A stretch of 64,000 nucleotides of DNA from an uncultured virus (IMG/VR IMGVR_UViG_3300034407_003469) (lineage: Duplodnaviria > Heunggongvirae > Uroviricota > Caudoviricetes). Shown here piece after piece: positions 19,237-28,264 of this stretch (positions within the stretch are counted from its first letter, which is position 1; each line of letters starts with the position of its first letter). Under the pieces are notes generated by a model. The model did no database searches and had not been told where the DNA came from. It worked only from the letters and a program-made list of their open reading frames with translations. A program made the position numbers and the translations under genes. The stretch lies in IMG/VR virus record IMGVR_UViG_3300034407_003469. One strand, 5' to 3'.

Positions 19237-19778
19237 TATTTTTTTAATAATCTTGAGGCTATAAAAACTGCTAAAGAACCTCCTAATATTATATATACTA
19301 TATTATTTCTTTTATTTAATCTATTTTCTTGTATCATATTTTCTTCTTGTTGCAAATAATCTTGTTGTGCAATAAGAAATTGTTTTTGCATTTCTTTTCT
19401 GTTTATAAATGCTATTTCATTTAGAGTTTCTTTATTTAAATATCTTTGTGTATATCCTTGTCTAAATATTTCTTCTCTTTCTCTTTTACTATTCCGAATC
19501 TTGTTTTCAACTGCTACTCCTCCAACTATTACTACTATACTTGCTACAATCCAAACACATACTCCTGCACATACAACATTACTATATCCCTCGTTTGCTA
19601 TTGATTTTAAACCCTCTTCTAATGCTTTAGGGTTGTCTATAACAATTTCGTTTACAACATCAATAGGTGCATCTTGAGGCAATGAGGAAATCCCTAATCG
19701 GTTGATAAGGGAAATTACTTCCTGTTTGTTTTGCAGTATAAAAACTGCTAAAAATGATATTGCCTTTTTTTCTTTCAT
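19236..19778 (-). CDS. Membrane protein, paralogue of 18691-19236
   Basis: Same architecture. Confidence 0.65.
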   Translation of the reverse strand: MKEKKAISFLAVFILQNKQEVISLINRLGISSLPQDAPIDVVNEIVIDNPKALEEGLKSIANEGYSNVVCAGVCVWIVASIVVIVGGVAVENKIRNSKREREEIFRQGYTQRYLNKETLNEIAFINRKEMQKQFLIAQQDYLQQEENMIQENRLNKRNNIVYIILGGSLAVFIASRLLKK

Positions 19779-19782
19779 TCAC

Positions 19783-20304
19783 CTATCTAATCGCCATATA
19801 TGTAACTACACCTATAACTAAAGCACCTACTCCAATTGCAACATTGGTTAAAGTATCATCTTCGGTTTTTCTCATCATACTTTTCGCATTTGCTTCGTTA
19901 AACATATTTTGAATATTACTTTCAAATTCAGATGATTGTGCTTCTAATTTTTTATCACTACAATTATTTTCATCCCAACTATTTTTAAAGTCTATTCTTC
20001 TATTTTCATATGCTCTTGCATTTCTTGTTACAACTCTTGATTTAGAACCACTATTAGCATTTCTTGTTAATGCTTTGTCTATACTTCCAATAGTATTATC
20101 TATTTCATCACAATCATCTGTCATTGGATAGGCTTTTTTTACCTCATTCCATTTTTTATCATATCTTTCTTGTTCAGCTTTCTTTTTACTCCAAGTAATA
20201 CCAAATAACCCCGGGTGATTCAAGAAATTCTCATCTGAATAAGATGAAATATCTTCATCAAAATTTCCAAAAGTTCTTGCATTTACATCGCTATCTATAA
20301 ACAT
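19783..20304 (-). CDS. Membrane protein with NHPGLFGITWS motif
   Basis: Paralogue of 32239-32970; C-terminal TM. Confidence 0.65.
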   Translation of the reverse strand: MFIDSDVNARTFGNFDEDISSYSDENFLNHPGLFGITWSKKKAEQERYDKKWNEVKKAYPMTDDCDEIDNTIGSIDKALTRNANSGSKSRVVTRNARAYENRRIDFKNSWDENNCSDKKLEAQSSEFESNIQNMFNEANAKSMMRKTEDDTLTNVAIGVGALVIGVVTYMAIR

Positions 20305-20309
20305 ATCTT

Positions 20310-20528
20310 TTATTTTAATTTATTATATAACATATAAGCAATAATACCTAATGTCAAACCTCCTGCTAATTGTAAAACTGCTTTACCCATACTGCTTTCT
20401 TCGTTTTTAAAGTCATCTAAACTACCTGCTACATTAGAAAAGTTTCTTTTTTTACATTTACCACCACATTGACATTTACCTCCGTTTTGACACGGGTGAT
20501 ACTCTTTATTTTTACAATTACAACCCAT
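20310..20528 (-). CDS. Cys-rich (metallothionein-like) small membrane protein
   Basis: GCNC..C....CQC...C, FSNVAG, C-terminal TM. Confidence 0.55.
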   Translation of the reverse strand: MGCNCKNKEYHPCQNGGKCQCGGKCKKRNFSNVAGSLDDFKNEESSMGKAVLQLAGGLTLGIIAYMLYNKLK

Positions 20529-21379
20529 TATTTAGATAAAAATGCTCCAAAGAAAATACCTGCTATTGCAGATAATAACATTACCTCTTGGTTTTCGTTT
20601 TTAGATACTTTAGGCATAACTCCTGTTTTATCACAGTCTTTAGCTTCTTTTCTCAAAACACCTTTTTCTTTCTTCAGTTTTTTAATTTCTTTTTCTTTAT
20701 CTCTTCTCAATTTGACATATCTATCTCTGTCTATTTTACCTTCAACTGAACCTCCACGAGCCTTTTTTCTATCTCCTTTATCCATTGTAGATACATCTGC
20801 ATACTTTCTTCTTCCCATAGATTTTTCCATTCCTGCACTTTCATCCATTCTGCTTTTTAAAGATTGAGATTTTTTACCTTTATTTCTCTCTCCTATGCTT
20901 TCCCTATCTTTATCATCATATCCTTGAGTTTTTCCACCGTGCTTATATTCCATTTCTCCACCTTCCATAAGCATCATTCTATTATTTTTATCCATTGTAC
21001 TTACACTTGAATATGCTCTACGACCAAGAGTTTTATTTCCTGCTTTGCTTTCATCTCTTCTATCCTTTAATGATTGTGAATATCCACTCTCTCTTCCTAA
21101 TCTACTTCCTAAATCTTCATTTAATTTATCATTATAACCTTGGGTAGTTCCACCATCAGCCATTTTTTTCTTTTTTCTGTCATCTGCAATTTTTTCCATA
21201 TTTAATGCAAATTGACCTCGCCTACGAGTTGTTTCAGAATAATCATTTGGATTATTTTTAACTTCCATTGCAAAATCGTGAACTGACATACCCGCTCTTT
21301 TCGCTTGTTTTGTAAAAGCACCTTTTGTGCCTTTTTTATCCATTTCTTTATCTACTGCTTGAATCCAATTATCTGCCAT
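20528..21379 (-). CDS. Basic modular protein with xxGG linkers and a duplicated QGY...STMDK module
   Basis: MADGG, LMEGG, YKHGG, KARGG; two ~50-aa repeats; C-terminal hydrophobic helix. Confidence 0.65.
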   Translation of the reverse strand: MADNWIQAVDKEMDKKGTKGAFTKQAKRAGMSVHDFAMEVKNNPNDYSETTRRRGQFALNMEKIADDRKKKKMADGGTTQGYNDKLNEDLGSRLGRESGYSQSLKDRRDESKAGNKTLGRRAYSSVSTMDKNNRMMLMEGGEMEYKHGGKTQGYDDKDRESIGERNKGKKSQSLKSRMDESAGMEKSMGRRKYADVSTMDKGDRKKARGGSVEGKIDRDRYVKLRRDKEKEIKKLKKEKGVLRKEAKDCDKTGVMPKVSKNENQEVMLLSAIAGIFFGAFLSK

Positions 21380-21385
21380 AGTGAT

Positions 21386-21478
21386 TTATTTGTTAAATAC
21401 ATTATTATACATATAGAATAATCCTAATCCAACAATGGACCAAAATACTATTCTTGGTTTTTTTTCTTCTTTCTCCAT
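21386..21478 (-). CDS. Small membrane protein (30 aa)
   Basis: Hand translation MEKEEKKPRIVFWSIVGLGLFYMYNNVFNK; TAATG coupling. Confidence 0.55.
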   Translation of the reverse strand: MEKEEKKPRIVFWSIVGLGLFYMYNNVFNK

Positions 21479-21945
21479 TATTTTTCAGGACTATATGTTG
21501 CTTCAGGTAATTCAGGTCTTGGAGGAGCCTGTGCAGGAGCAGGTGCAGGAGCAGGTTCAGGCATTGCTTGAGGAGTAGGTGTGTAATCTACTTCACCACC
21601 TGCATCATAATCACCATCTTCCTTTTCAAAAAATAGTTTATATCCCACATAAATAATGCCTAATAAGACTAACGCATCAAAAATTTGCCTCTTATTTCTT
21701 TGAAAGAAGCCTTTATTTTTTGCATTTTTCTTTTTTCTGTACTCTTTTATACTACTTTTTTGCATATCTTCTTGCCAATCTGATTTACCATCATCGTTGA
21801 TTTCCATCTTACCATCAACTATTTCATTTTCTTCATCAGATGATACAGAAGATTTTGTGAGTTTTTTTTCTACATTACCCCACATTTTTCTTTCTTCTCT
21901 ATCATCAACAAAGCCATCAAACGCAAATCCTGAATCTATACCCAT
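21478..21945 (-). CDS. Membrane protein with Pro/Ala-rich tail
   Basis: Central TM, YDAGG, PAPAPA. Confidence 0.6.
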   Translation of the reverse strand: MGIDSGFAFDGFVDDREERKMWGNVEKKLTKSSVSSDEENEIVDGKMEINDDGKSDWQEDMQKSSIKEYRKKKNAKNKGFFQRNKRQIFDALVLLGIIYVGYKLFFEKEDGDYDAGGEVDYTPTPQAMPEPAPAPAPAQAPPRPELPEATYSPEK

Positions 21946-21963
21946 AATTTATAAATTTTATTA

Positions 21964-22080
21964 TTATCTTCCTGCTACATCTCTACCTTTTTGCCACCCA
22001 TATCCAAGTGCAAAAAACATTGCTCCTGTAAGTACAAGAGATACTGCGAAAGTTCCGATGTTCATATTTGATTTAGCCAT
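21964..22080 (-). CDS. Small membrane protein (38 aa)
   Basis: MAKSNMNIGTFAVSLVLTGAMFFALGYGWQKGR resembles the anchors of 32981 and 33297. Confidence 0.6.
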   Translation of the reverse strand: MAKSNMNIGTFAVSLVLTGAMFFALGYGWQKGRDVAGR

Positions 22081-22116
22081 TTTCTTATTATTTTAATTAT
22101 TATTAAGTTAATTTTA

Positions 22117-22647
22117 TTAATTCCATTTACTACTATTGAAAGTTAAAAAAGGTTCAATTGCATACATTTGACCTGAATAACCTCCTCCTGTTGGTATTAC
22201 CTCTGTAATACTATTATCATTTATATTGCTACTTGTTGAGGTAGGTGAATTTTCATAATTTTTAATAAATAAATTATAATATTCTTCACTTACTTCTCCA
22301 AAAACTGCATTTGGAAAACTTTTCTTAAATTCTCCGAATGGTGACTGCTCATTTTTTACTGCATTTAAAGTTAAAGGTCCAAATTTACCATCAGTATCTA
22401 ATCCATAACCTGATGATTCATTTAAAAATACTTGTAATGCTTTCACTCTATTTCCACCACTATTTAACTTTAATGGGAAAGAGTTATTTTGATATATTAT
22501 ATTTAATACTCTATCAAATATATTATTATCATAAGTAACGGTATTATTTCCATTACTTCCTTTTCTTCTTTTTAATAAAACATAAATACCTAATCCTGCC
22601 CCTATTAGACCAAGAGATATTAAAGATATTTTAAGTGTTTTATTCAT
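22117..22647 (-). CDS. Membrane-anchored peptidoglycan-binding protein
   Basis: FPLKLNSGGNRVKALQ..LN...DGKFGPLT..AV. Confidence 0.7.
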   Translation of the reverse strand: MNKTLKISLISLGLIGAGLGIYVLLKRRKGSNGNNTVTYDNNIFDRVLNIIYQNNSFPLKLNSGGNRVKALQVFLNESSGYGLDTDGKFGPLTLNAVKNEQSPFGEFKKSFPNAVFGEVSEEYYNLFIKNYENSPTSTSSNINDNSITEVIPTGGGYSGQMYAIEPFLTFNSSKWN

Positions 22648-22656
22648 AATTTATTA

Positions 22657-23562
22657 TTAAAACCAAAGTTCTCCACTAAAACCTGAACCTGAAAAAGCAC
22701 TACTACCTGTGGAGTCTAAACAAGGCTCATTAAATTGTGTTCCTGTTGGGCAAACAGGAGATGTCTGTCCACTATAAGTATTTAAAGTAGAAGGACACAT
22801 TTGTTGCCAACAATTCATTGTATATGTATTAGGTGTACCTGATGAACTTGGAATTGCAGGGACAAATGGTTGTTCAGGTACAAATGGAGTAGGAGGTATG
22901 GCAGGTGAACCTGTTGTTGCAGGAATAATACAATTAGGCTCAACCTCTGTCGTTCCTGTTGGGCAAGTTGGTGAACTCAACCCTGTAAAAGTAGAAATAG
23001 TTGAAGGACAATTATTATCCCAACAATTCATTGTGTACTCACACGGACAACCTTGTGTAGGATTTGTTCCTGAATTTGTTAATCCAACATTTAAGCCTAA
23101 ATTATTATTTGGATTGTAGGCAGGAGTTGGTGGTATGGCAGGAACACCCGGAGTTGCAGGAATAGATGGAGAATAAGGAATTGCAGGAAACCCTTGAGAT
23201 GGTGGAATACCTGCTTGTAAGGAAACTATACCTGATGATAATCCATTTGAATTATTTAAGTTAGGAATACTTGCACCTCCTCCACCTACTGAACCTGTAC
23301 CTAATCCTGTTGATACCGAACCCGATGTAGAAGAGCCTCCTGTTGTAGAAGAGCCTCCTAAAGTTCCCGAACCTACTCTACCACCACTTCCACCTCCCGT
23401 AGTTCCTATTTGATTAAAGAACTCATCTTGGGAGATATAGGAGTTAAATCCATCTTGGTCGTTATTTGGAACAAAACTTAATCCTGATTGATTGAAATAC
23501 TCATCTTGTGAAATGTAAGAGTTAAATCCATCTTGGTCGTTATTTGGTATAAAATTTTCCAT
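22657..23562 (-). CDS. Low-complexity Gly/Pro/Cys repeat protein
   Basis: Two 26-aa N-terminal repeats, PAIP repeats, two YTMNCW..CP modules. Confidence 0.6.
   Translation of the reverse strand: MENFIPNNDQDGFNSYISQDEYFNQSGLSFVPNNDQDGFNSYISQDEFFNQIGTTGGGSGGRVGSGTLGGSSTTGGSSTSGSVSTGLGTGSVGGGGASIPNLNNSNGLSSGIVSLQAGIPPSQGFPAIPYSPSIPATPGVPAIPPTPAYNPNNNLGLNVGLTNSGTNPTQGCPCEYTMNCWDNNCPSTISTFTGLSSPTCPTGTTEVEPNCIIPATTGSPAIPPTPFVPEQPFVPAIPSSSGTPNTYTMNCWQQMCPSTLNTYSGQTSPVCPTGTQFNEPCLDSTGSSAFSGSGFSGELWF
23411..23553 (-). repeat. 78-bp tandem duplication (PNNDQDGFNSYISQDE.FNQ)
   Basis: Near-identical DNA units at period 78. Confidence 0.75.
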
Positions 23563-23563
23563 A

Positions 23564-23920
23564 TTAGTAATCGCTATTTATAAATAAACCTTCATTTCCA
23601 TCTACTTCACCATCAAATCCTCTTGTGATACCTGTTCTACTAACTGAAGGACAAGGAGCCGTAGCTGATGGATTAAAATTAGTTGCTGATTGGTCTTGAC
23701 AACCTGTTATTGTAATTGGTGTAGTTGTAACAGGATTAGTTGTAACAGGATTAGTGGTAACAGGAGTAGTTGTAACAGGGGTAGTTACAGGAGTAGATGT
23801 AACAGGTCTTATTACATCAGGAGAAACAGGAGCCACTTCTGTTTTTTTAGTTTCTTTATTTTTTAGAAAATAATAAGCGACTACACCGACACCTATCAAC
23901 TTCAATATGTTATTATCCAT
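23564..23920 (-). CDS. Membrane protein with PVTT repeats and a GC.D..ATNF module
   Basis: N-terminal TM, mucin-like 5-aa repeats. Confidence 0.6.
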   Translation of the reverse strand: MDNNILKLIGVGVVAYYFLKNKETKKTEVAPVSPDVIRPVTSTPVTTPVTTTPVTTNPVTTNPVTTTPITITGCQDQSATNFNPSATAPCPSVSRTGITRGFDGEVDGNEGLFINSDY

Positions 23921-23926
23921 TAGTAT

Positions 23927-24139
23927 CTATTTTTTTAATTCTGATTTTAATTGTTCTGCATCTTTCTCGCTTATATTATCAAGAATCGTTTGCGATGTCC
24001 CTGAAACAGGTGTGGTAGAAGAAACCCCTCCTTTGGTAAGGATTGTAGAGTTATCTTCTTGCTTTCGGGTAATTATCCTATAAAGGATAAAAGATACTGC
24101 AAATGCTCCAATGATATAAACCGATGATACTTTTTTCAA
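23927..24139 (-). CDS. Membrane protein
   Basis: N-terminal TM; TTG start. Confidence 0.5.
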   Translation of the reverse strand: MKKVSSVYIIGAFAVSFILYRIITRKQEDNSTILTKGGVSSTTPVSGTSQTILDNISEKDAEQLKSELKK

Positions 24140-24140
24140 T

Positions 24141-24368
24141 TTATTTATTCTTTTTAGCTTTAGCTTCTTCTTCTGCTCTTAATCTTTCAGCATTTTCGTG
24201 CTCTTCTCTCAATCTTTGTTGATAAGCCTCTGCCTCTACTCTTTCTCTTTCAATATCAGAAGGTCTTTTACCTGTAAAATCAATAGTTCCATATTGTCTA
24301 ATTTCAGCATTAGTCCATCCTAAATCTGTGTAATGTCTATGCATTATGTGTTTTTGTCTTGCGTTCAT
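24141..24368 (-). CDS. Coiled-coil hypothetical protein
   Basis: 75-aa ORF. Confidence 0.5.
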   Translation of the reverse strand: MNARQKHIMHRHYTDLGWTNAEIRQYGTIDFTGKRPSDIERERVEAEAYQQRLREEHENAERLRAEEEAKAKKNK

Positions 24369-24394
24369 CTTATTATTATTTATTTAAATTATTA

Positions 24395-24649
24395 CTATTT
24401 CCAAAATTTAACAATTGCAGTAATTATAATACCCCAAATTGTTGTTATGGCAGTCACTCCTCCCATAATTTTATTCTTAAATGTCTTATCGTTCTCAATA
24501 TATGCAGAATGTTCATTTACCTGCTCTATTAATCCCGTTTGCCCAAATTCTTTATCTCCACATACTGCGTTGGCTAATCTTTCTAATAGGACACCTTGTT
24601 TCTTGATTTCCTGTTTTATGTATGTTATGTTCTCTTTTTGTGTTCCCAT
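24395..24649 (-). CDS. Coiled coil + C-terminal TM (XhlA/holin-like)
   Basis: LERLANAVCG...GLIEQV, then TM. Confidence 0.5.
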   Translation of the reverse strand: MGTQKENITYIKQEIKKQGVLLERLANAVCGDKEFGQTGLIEQVNEHSAYIENDKTFKNKIMGGVTAITTIWGIIITAIVKFWK

Positions 24650-24651
24650 AG

Positions 24652-24930
24652 TTACATTGCTACAATATGTCCTGTACTTGATGCAAGTGCAGTTATAGTT
24701 AATTCCCCTAAATTCAATCCATTAGGGGTTTGGATTGTTATACTTTCATTTTGACTAATTGTCACCGTATTTGGCAAGGTTCCATTCATTCCTGCCGTTC
24801 CAAGAACCGTAATACCTCCTGCTCCTGAATTATCTGTCTTACATAAAACTGATACATAAGACTGACCCGATTCCTCTCGTATAGTCACAGTATCTCCTGC
24901 TCCCAAGGTATAGGTAAATATATTTGCCAT
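24652..24930 (-). CDS. Small all-beta protein (minor capsid/vertex candidate)
   Basis: Alternating hydrophobic strands, no TM. Confidence 0.45.
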   Translation of the reverse strand: MANIFTYTLGAGDTVTIREESGQSYVSVLCKTDNSGAGGITVLGTAGMNGTLPNTVTISQNESITIQTPNGLNLGELTITALASSTGHIVAM

Positions 24931-25371
24931 TTACTGTACCTCATTTAATATCTCTTCAGGGTTACTAAATAACCAATTAAAAGAAACTTGTTTAAAAAAC
25001 TCATTTTTATGGTAAGCCAATATATAAACTTTATCAGCTTCACTATCTTTTGTCACTATTATTGATGACATCTCATTTACATCTGTATTCTTCTCATCTG
25101 CTAATCTTACTATTGATTTTTGTAAAAAAGGTGCAGTTAAAAATTCTCTTTGTTTGAAATCAAATTTTACATCTAATATTTCATTAAATGTTAAGTCCCC
25201 TATTTTTTGATAATCTTTCATATAAGAGTACAAAACTTTTTCTCCATTAAATTTAATTACAAGCTGAATGTTTTTTGCATCACAATTATTATTATCAGAC
25301 AATCTTTTTAATGCATTTCGCATTATGTCCATTGCTGATTCAATTATTTGTGTTTTTATTGCCGTGTTCAT
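24931..25371 (-). CDS. Hypothetical protein
   Basis: 146 aa; TATTTTTG box at 25389-25396. Confidence 0.55.
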   Translation of the reverse strand: MNTAIKTQIIESAMDIMRNALKRLSDNNNCDAKNIQLVIKFNGEKVLYSYMKDYQKIGDLTFNEILDVKFDFKQREFLTAPFLQKSIVRLADEKNTDVNEMSSIIVTKDSEADKVYILAYHKNEFFKQVSFNWLFSNPEEILNEVQ

Positions 25372-25423
25372 CTTTTAATTTTTATTTTCAAAAATAATAA
25401 AAAATTTCATATTTTTTAAATAA

Positions 25424-25927
25424 TTAACTTCTTTTCAATTTATTTAATAACTCTGTTGTTGTTGCTGATACATCAATCGGTAAATTATTAATACTTACTA
25501 AACCTGCTTTTATGTCTATTGTACCTCTTAATGTTGCCGTACTTTGCGTATTATCAACAAAATTTTCTATAAGAGATGATATTCCTAAAGATAAAGTTAA
25601 GTTTCTATCTGCATTACCTATAAAAGGTATTATTACTGATTGTTTGGCAGGTATATCATATGTGGTACTATCTTCAGCTTTAGCAACAACCTGTCCATCT
25701 ATTAATACATCAAATCTATATGCTTTTATCTTTATATTAAAATCAGATGTGTTGGTAAATCTCATCTTTACCTCTAATTTAGCAATATTATTTTGGGTTC
25801 CTAAATAAGTAAAACCTAATATCTCATATCCGAATGAAGATAAAAGTTTTTTCTGTCTTACTAAATAAAGAATAGTTCCTATTGTAGCAAGACCTAAAAC
25901 ACCAAAAGATAATTGCTTTATGCTCAT
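25424..25927 (-). CDS. LEA_2/WHy-like domain membrane protein
   Basis: TM, then RFTNTSDFNIKI..Y.FDV.IDG...IPAKQS..IP. Confidence 0.6.
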   Translation of the reverse strand: MSIKQLSFGVLGLATIGTILYLVRQKKLLSSFGYEILGFTYLGTQNNIAKLEVKMRFTNTSDFNIKIKAYRFDVLIDGQVVAKAEDSTTYDIPAKQSVIIPFIGNADRNLTLSLGISSLIENFVDNTQSTATLRGTIDIKAGLVSINNLPIDVSATTTELLNKLKRS

Positions 25928-26607
25928 TATTTAGATTTAATAGCTAAATATCCCAAACTCACTACAACTCCTGCTACAAGCACCCAACCTACTATTTTAC
26001 CTGTGGTTCCTAAACCCGATTCTGTGACTGTTGTCGTAGTTTGAGGTGTAGGATTAAGATTAGGGTCAAATTGAGGAGCATAATTAGGTGAATTAGGATT
26101 ATTAATATTTAATCCTGCTTGTAGTCCTTGATTAGCATTAGTCAAAATATTACCTATTGTATTTATGGTATTTTGTTTTTTTGTATCTATTTCGGCTTGT
26201 GTTAAACAAGCATTATTCCTACTTCTTGTCCAACCCATTGGTTGTTGACCTGTTGCAAATCGTTGAGAAATAGGAAAACCATTTTCACAAGTATAATATG
26301 TACTCATTCCATCTCTATCAAACAAATTAGTAAACCAATTTCCCCCTCCTGATTGATTATTCCATCCTGTTTGTTCTGTTCCATCATTACTCCATTGACT
26401 GCCATCAAAACTATTATATGCAGGTGGATAATCATATACTCTATCATTAGCATCAAAATGTTCAGGAGTTCCATTTAATCCATCTCCTTGGTCAACCGAA
26501 TTAGCTTGTGTATCAGGATTTCCTCTTAATCCATAAGGATTAGGCATAGGTGGATTGAAAATAAAATTTCCATCATCCCCCATAAAATTAAAATATTTAT
26601 CTTTCAT
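25927..26607 (-). CDS. Disordered protein with C-terminal TM
   Basis: YFNFMG, FDGSQWSNDG, WNNQSG motifs. Confidence 0.6.
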   Translation of the reverse strand: MKDKYFNFMGDDGNFIFNPPMPNPYGLRGNPDTQANSVDQGDGLNGTPEHFDANDRVYDYPPAYNSFDGSQWSNDGTEQTGWNNQSGGGNWFTNLFDRDGMSTYYTCENGFPISQRFATGQQPMGWTRSRNNACLTQAEIDTKKQNTINTIGNILTNANQGLQAGLNINNPNSPNYAPQFDPNLNPTPQTTTTVTESGLGTTGKIVGWVLVAGVVVSLGYLAIKSK

Positions 26608-26613
26608 ATTTCC

Positions 26614-27291
26614 TTATTTTTTTATTATATAATATATAGCAATAGCACCTAAAACCATCGCAATTGTTTTGTCTATACACTTTTCTTCTCCTTGAATTTT
26701 AAAAGGTAAAGCATATTGATTACTTCCACAACCACTTTGATTAGGCATTGTTGGTTTTGGTAGTGGGCTATTAGGGTCAATAGAGCCTACATCATTAGCA
26801 ATTTCTTCTTGTGTAGCATTTTCCCTTGGTAATCCACTACTTATACCCATACTTGGTCGGGTAGCCAAACTATCCTCTCTTAAAACCCTTTGTCCAAAGG
26901 TTCTTGATGAAGGGTCATTATCTGTAACATAAATCATCCCTTTTGGTGGTCTTGGATAATCTCTTACATAAAAGCTATCAGGCTTATCACCTGATTGACT
27001 AAACCATAAATCTGTTTGTACTCCTGAAAACCTTCTGTAAGGTGTTGGTGTTAAGCCCCCTGTTCTTCTTGAACTAATTCTACGACTTGGTGCCATTGCA
27101 CCTGTTCCACCAACTGCTCTTACATTTCTTGGATTTACAGGTCCTATTCTTGATACTGCATCTGCATTTGGAATACATACATTTCCACCTGCTACACAAT
27201 CAACACACAAACAATTATTATCTATTTCGGTTAACCTATTACATTTATTAGTACAACCACCACTTCTTCTACTACCTCCTATTAAAGACAT
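26614..27291 (-). CDS. Cys-rich N-domain protein with C-terminal TM
   Basis: C.C.DCV.GG..C.PN shared with 32981; DLWFSQSG. Confidence 0.6.
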   Translation of the reverse strand: MSLIGGSRRSGGCTNKCNRLTEIDNNCLCVDCVAGGNVCIPNADAVSRIGPVNPRNVRAVGGTGAMAPSRRISSRRTGGLTPTPYRRFSGVQTDLWFSQSGDKPDSFYVRDYPRPPKGMIYVTDNDPSSRTFGQRVLREDSLATRPSMGISSGLPRENATQEEIANDVGSIDPNSPLPKPTMPNQSGCGSNQYALPFKIQGEEKCIDKTIAMVLGAIAIYYIIKK

Positions 27292-27307
27292 TTTTTCTTA
27301 TTTTTAT

Positions 27308-27673
27308 TTATTTAACATATTTTTGATAAGCCATTAGACCAACTACACCTGCAACTACACCTATCCAATAGTTTTTTTGTGAGAATATACTTCCATATCC
27401 TTCACTTGAACCATCCATACCTACAAATACTTGGTCACGAGTTCCATCATTAGACCATTGTGGCTGAACATTTAAAGGAGTTTGTCCACTTCCCTCAAAT
27501 CCACTATAAGTTCTACTCATAGGTATAAAATTATCTGATTTTGTACTACATCTATATCCTCCACCATCACAAGAAAAACATCTATTTGGATGACATACAC
27601 CACAAGTATCACAACCTTCTCCTACTACTTGATGAGTTCTATTTGAAACCATTCTATTATTTCTTAAAGCCAT
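27308..27673 (-). CDS. Cys-rich protein with C-terminal TM
   Basis: 6 Cys; QWSNDG..QVF.G.DG. Confidence 0.6.
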   Translation of the reverse strand: MALRNNRMVSNRTHQVVGEGCDTCGVCHPNRCFSCDGGGYRCSTKSDNFIPMSRTYSGFEGSGQTPLNVQPQWSNDGTRDQVFVGMDGSSEGYGSIFSQKNYWIGVVAGVVGLMAYQKYVK

Positions 27674-27691
27674 TTTTTTTATTTTTTATTA

Positions 27692-28150
27692 TTAATTAAA
27701 CCAAAGTCTATCTTCATAACCACCAAATCCTTGCTGATTAAAATTACTATATCCACTAAAATTACTTGAGCATCCTACATTTGCATTAGGATTATAATTT
27801 GTTGCATTAGGGTCAGTACAACCTGAAACTGCACTTATACAAGAACCATCATCTGTATTAGCATTAGGGTCATAATTTAAACTTCCTACTTGAGTACAAC
27901 CAAATTGTGGCAAAGGTGGTGGTGGTGCATATTGACACGAACCATCATCACAAGTTGCATTATTATCATAATTTGTTGCTCCTGAATCCATACAACCCCC
28001 ATAACTACAAGGGCAATTTCCTATCGTTGATGCACAAGTTGGATAAGAACTTATTCCACTTTGATTATAATACCCACCTGTTCCTCCTGCATATGAAAAA
28101 CCTGAATCTAACCAAGTTGCTTCTGTATCATTATTTTCTAAAAATCCCAT
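27692..28150 (-). CDS. GCTD-ATNY-DDGSC repeat protein
   Basis: Three GC(M/T)(D/Q)...NY.....DDGSC-type repeats. Confidence 0.65.
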   Translation of the reverse strand: MGFLENNDTEATWLDSGFSYAGGTGGYYNQSGISSYPTCASTIGNCPCSYGGCMDSGATNYDNNATCDDGSCQYAPPPPLPQFGCTQVGSLNYDPNANTDDGSCISAVSGCTDPNATNYNPNANVGCSSNFSGYSNFNQQGFGGYEDRLWFN

Positions 28151-28183
28151 TTACTTTTTTTTTATTTATTACTTTTTTTTAGT

Positions 28184-28239
28184 AAGAGAGAGAGTGGGGA
28201 CACACCCTCCCCATCCCTCTTACGAGTTATCTCTCTCTT
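28184..28239. other. GC-rich intergenic inverted-repeat structure
   Basis: AAGAGAGAGA/TCTCTCTCTT outer arms and TGGGGA/TCCCCA inner arms. Confidence 0.55.
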
Positions 28240-28264
28240 GGCTTTGCACACAATCAACAAACAA

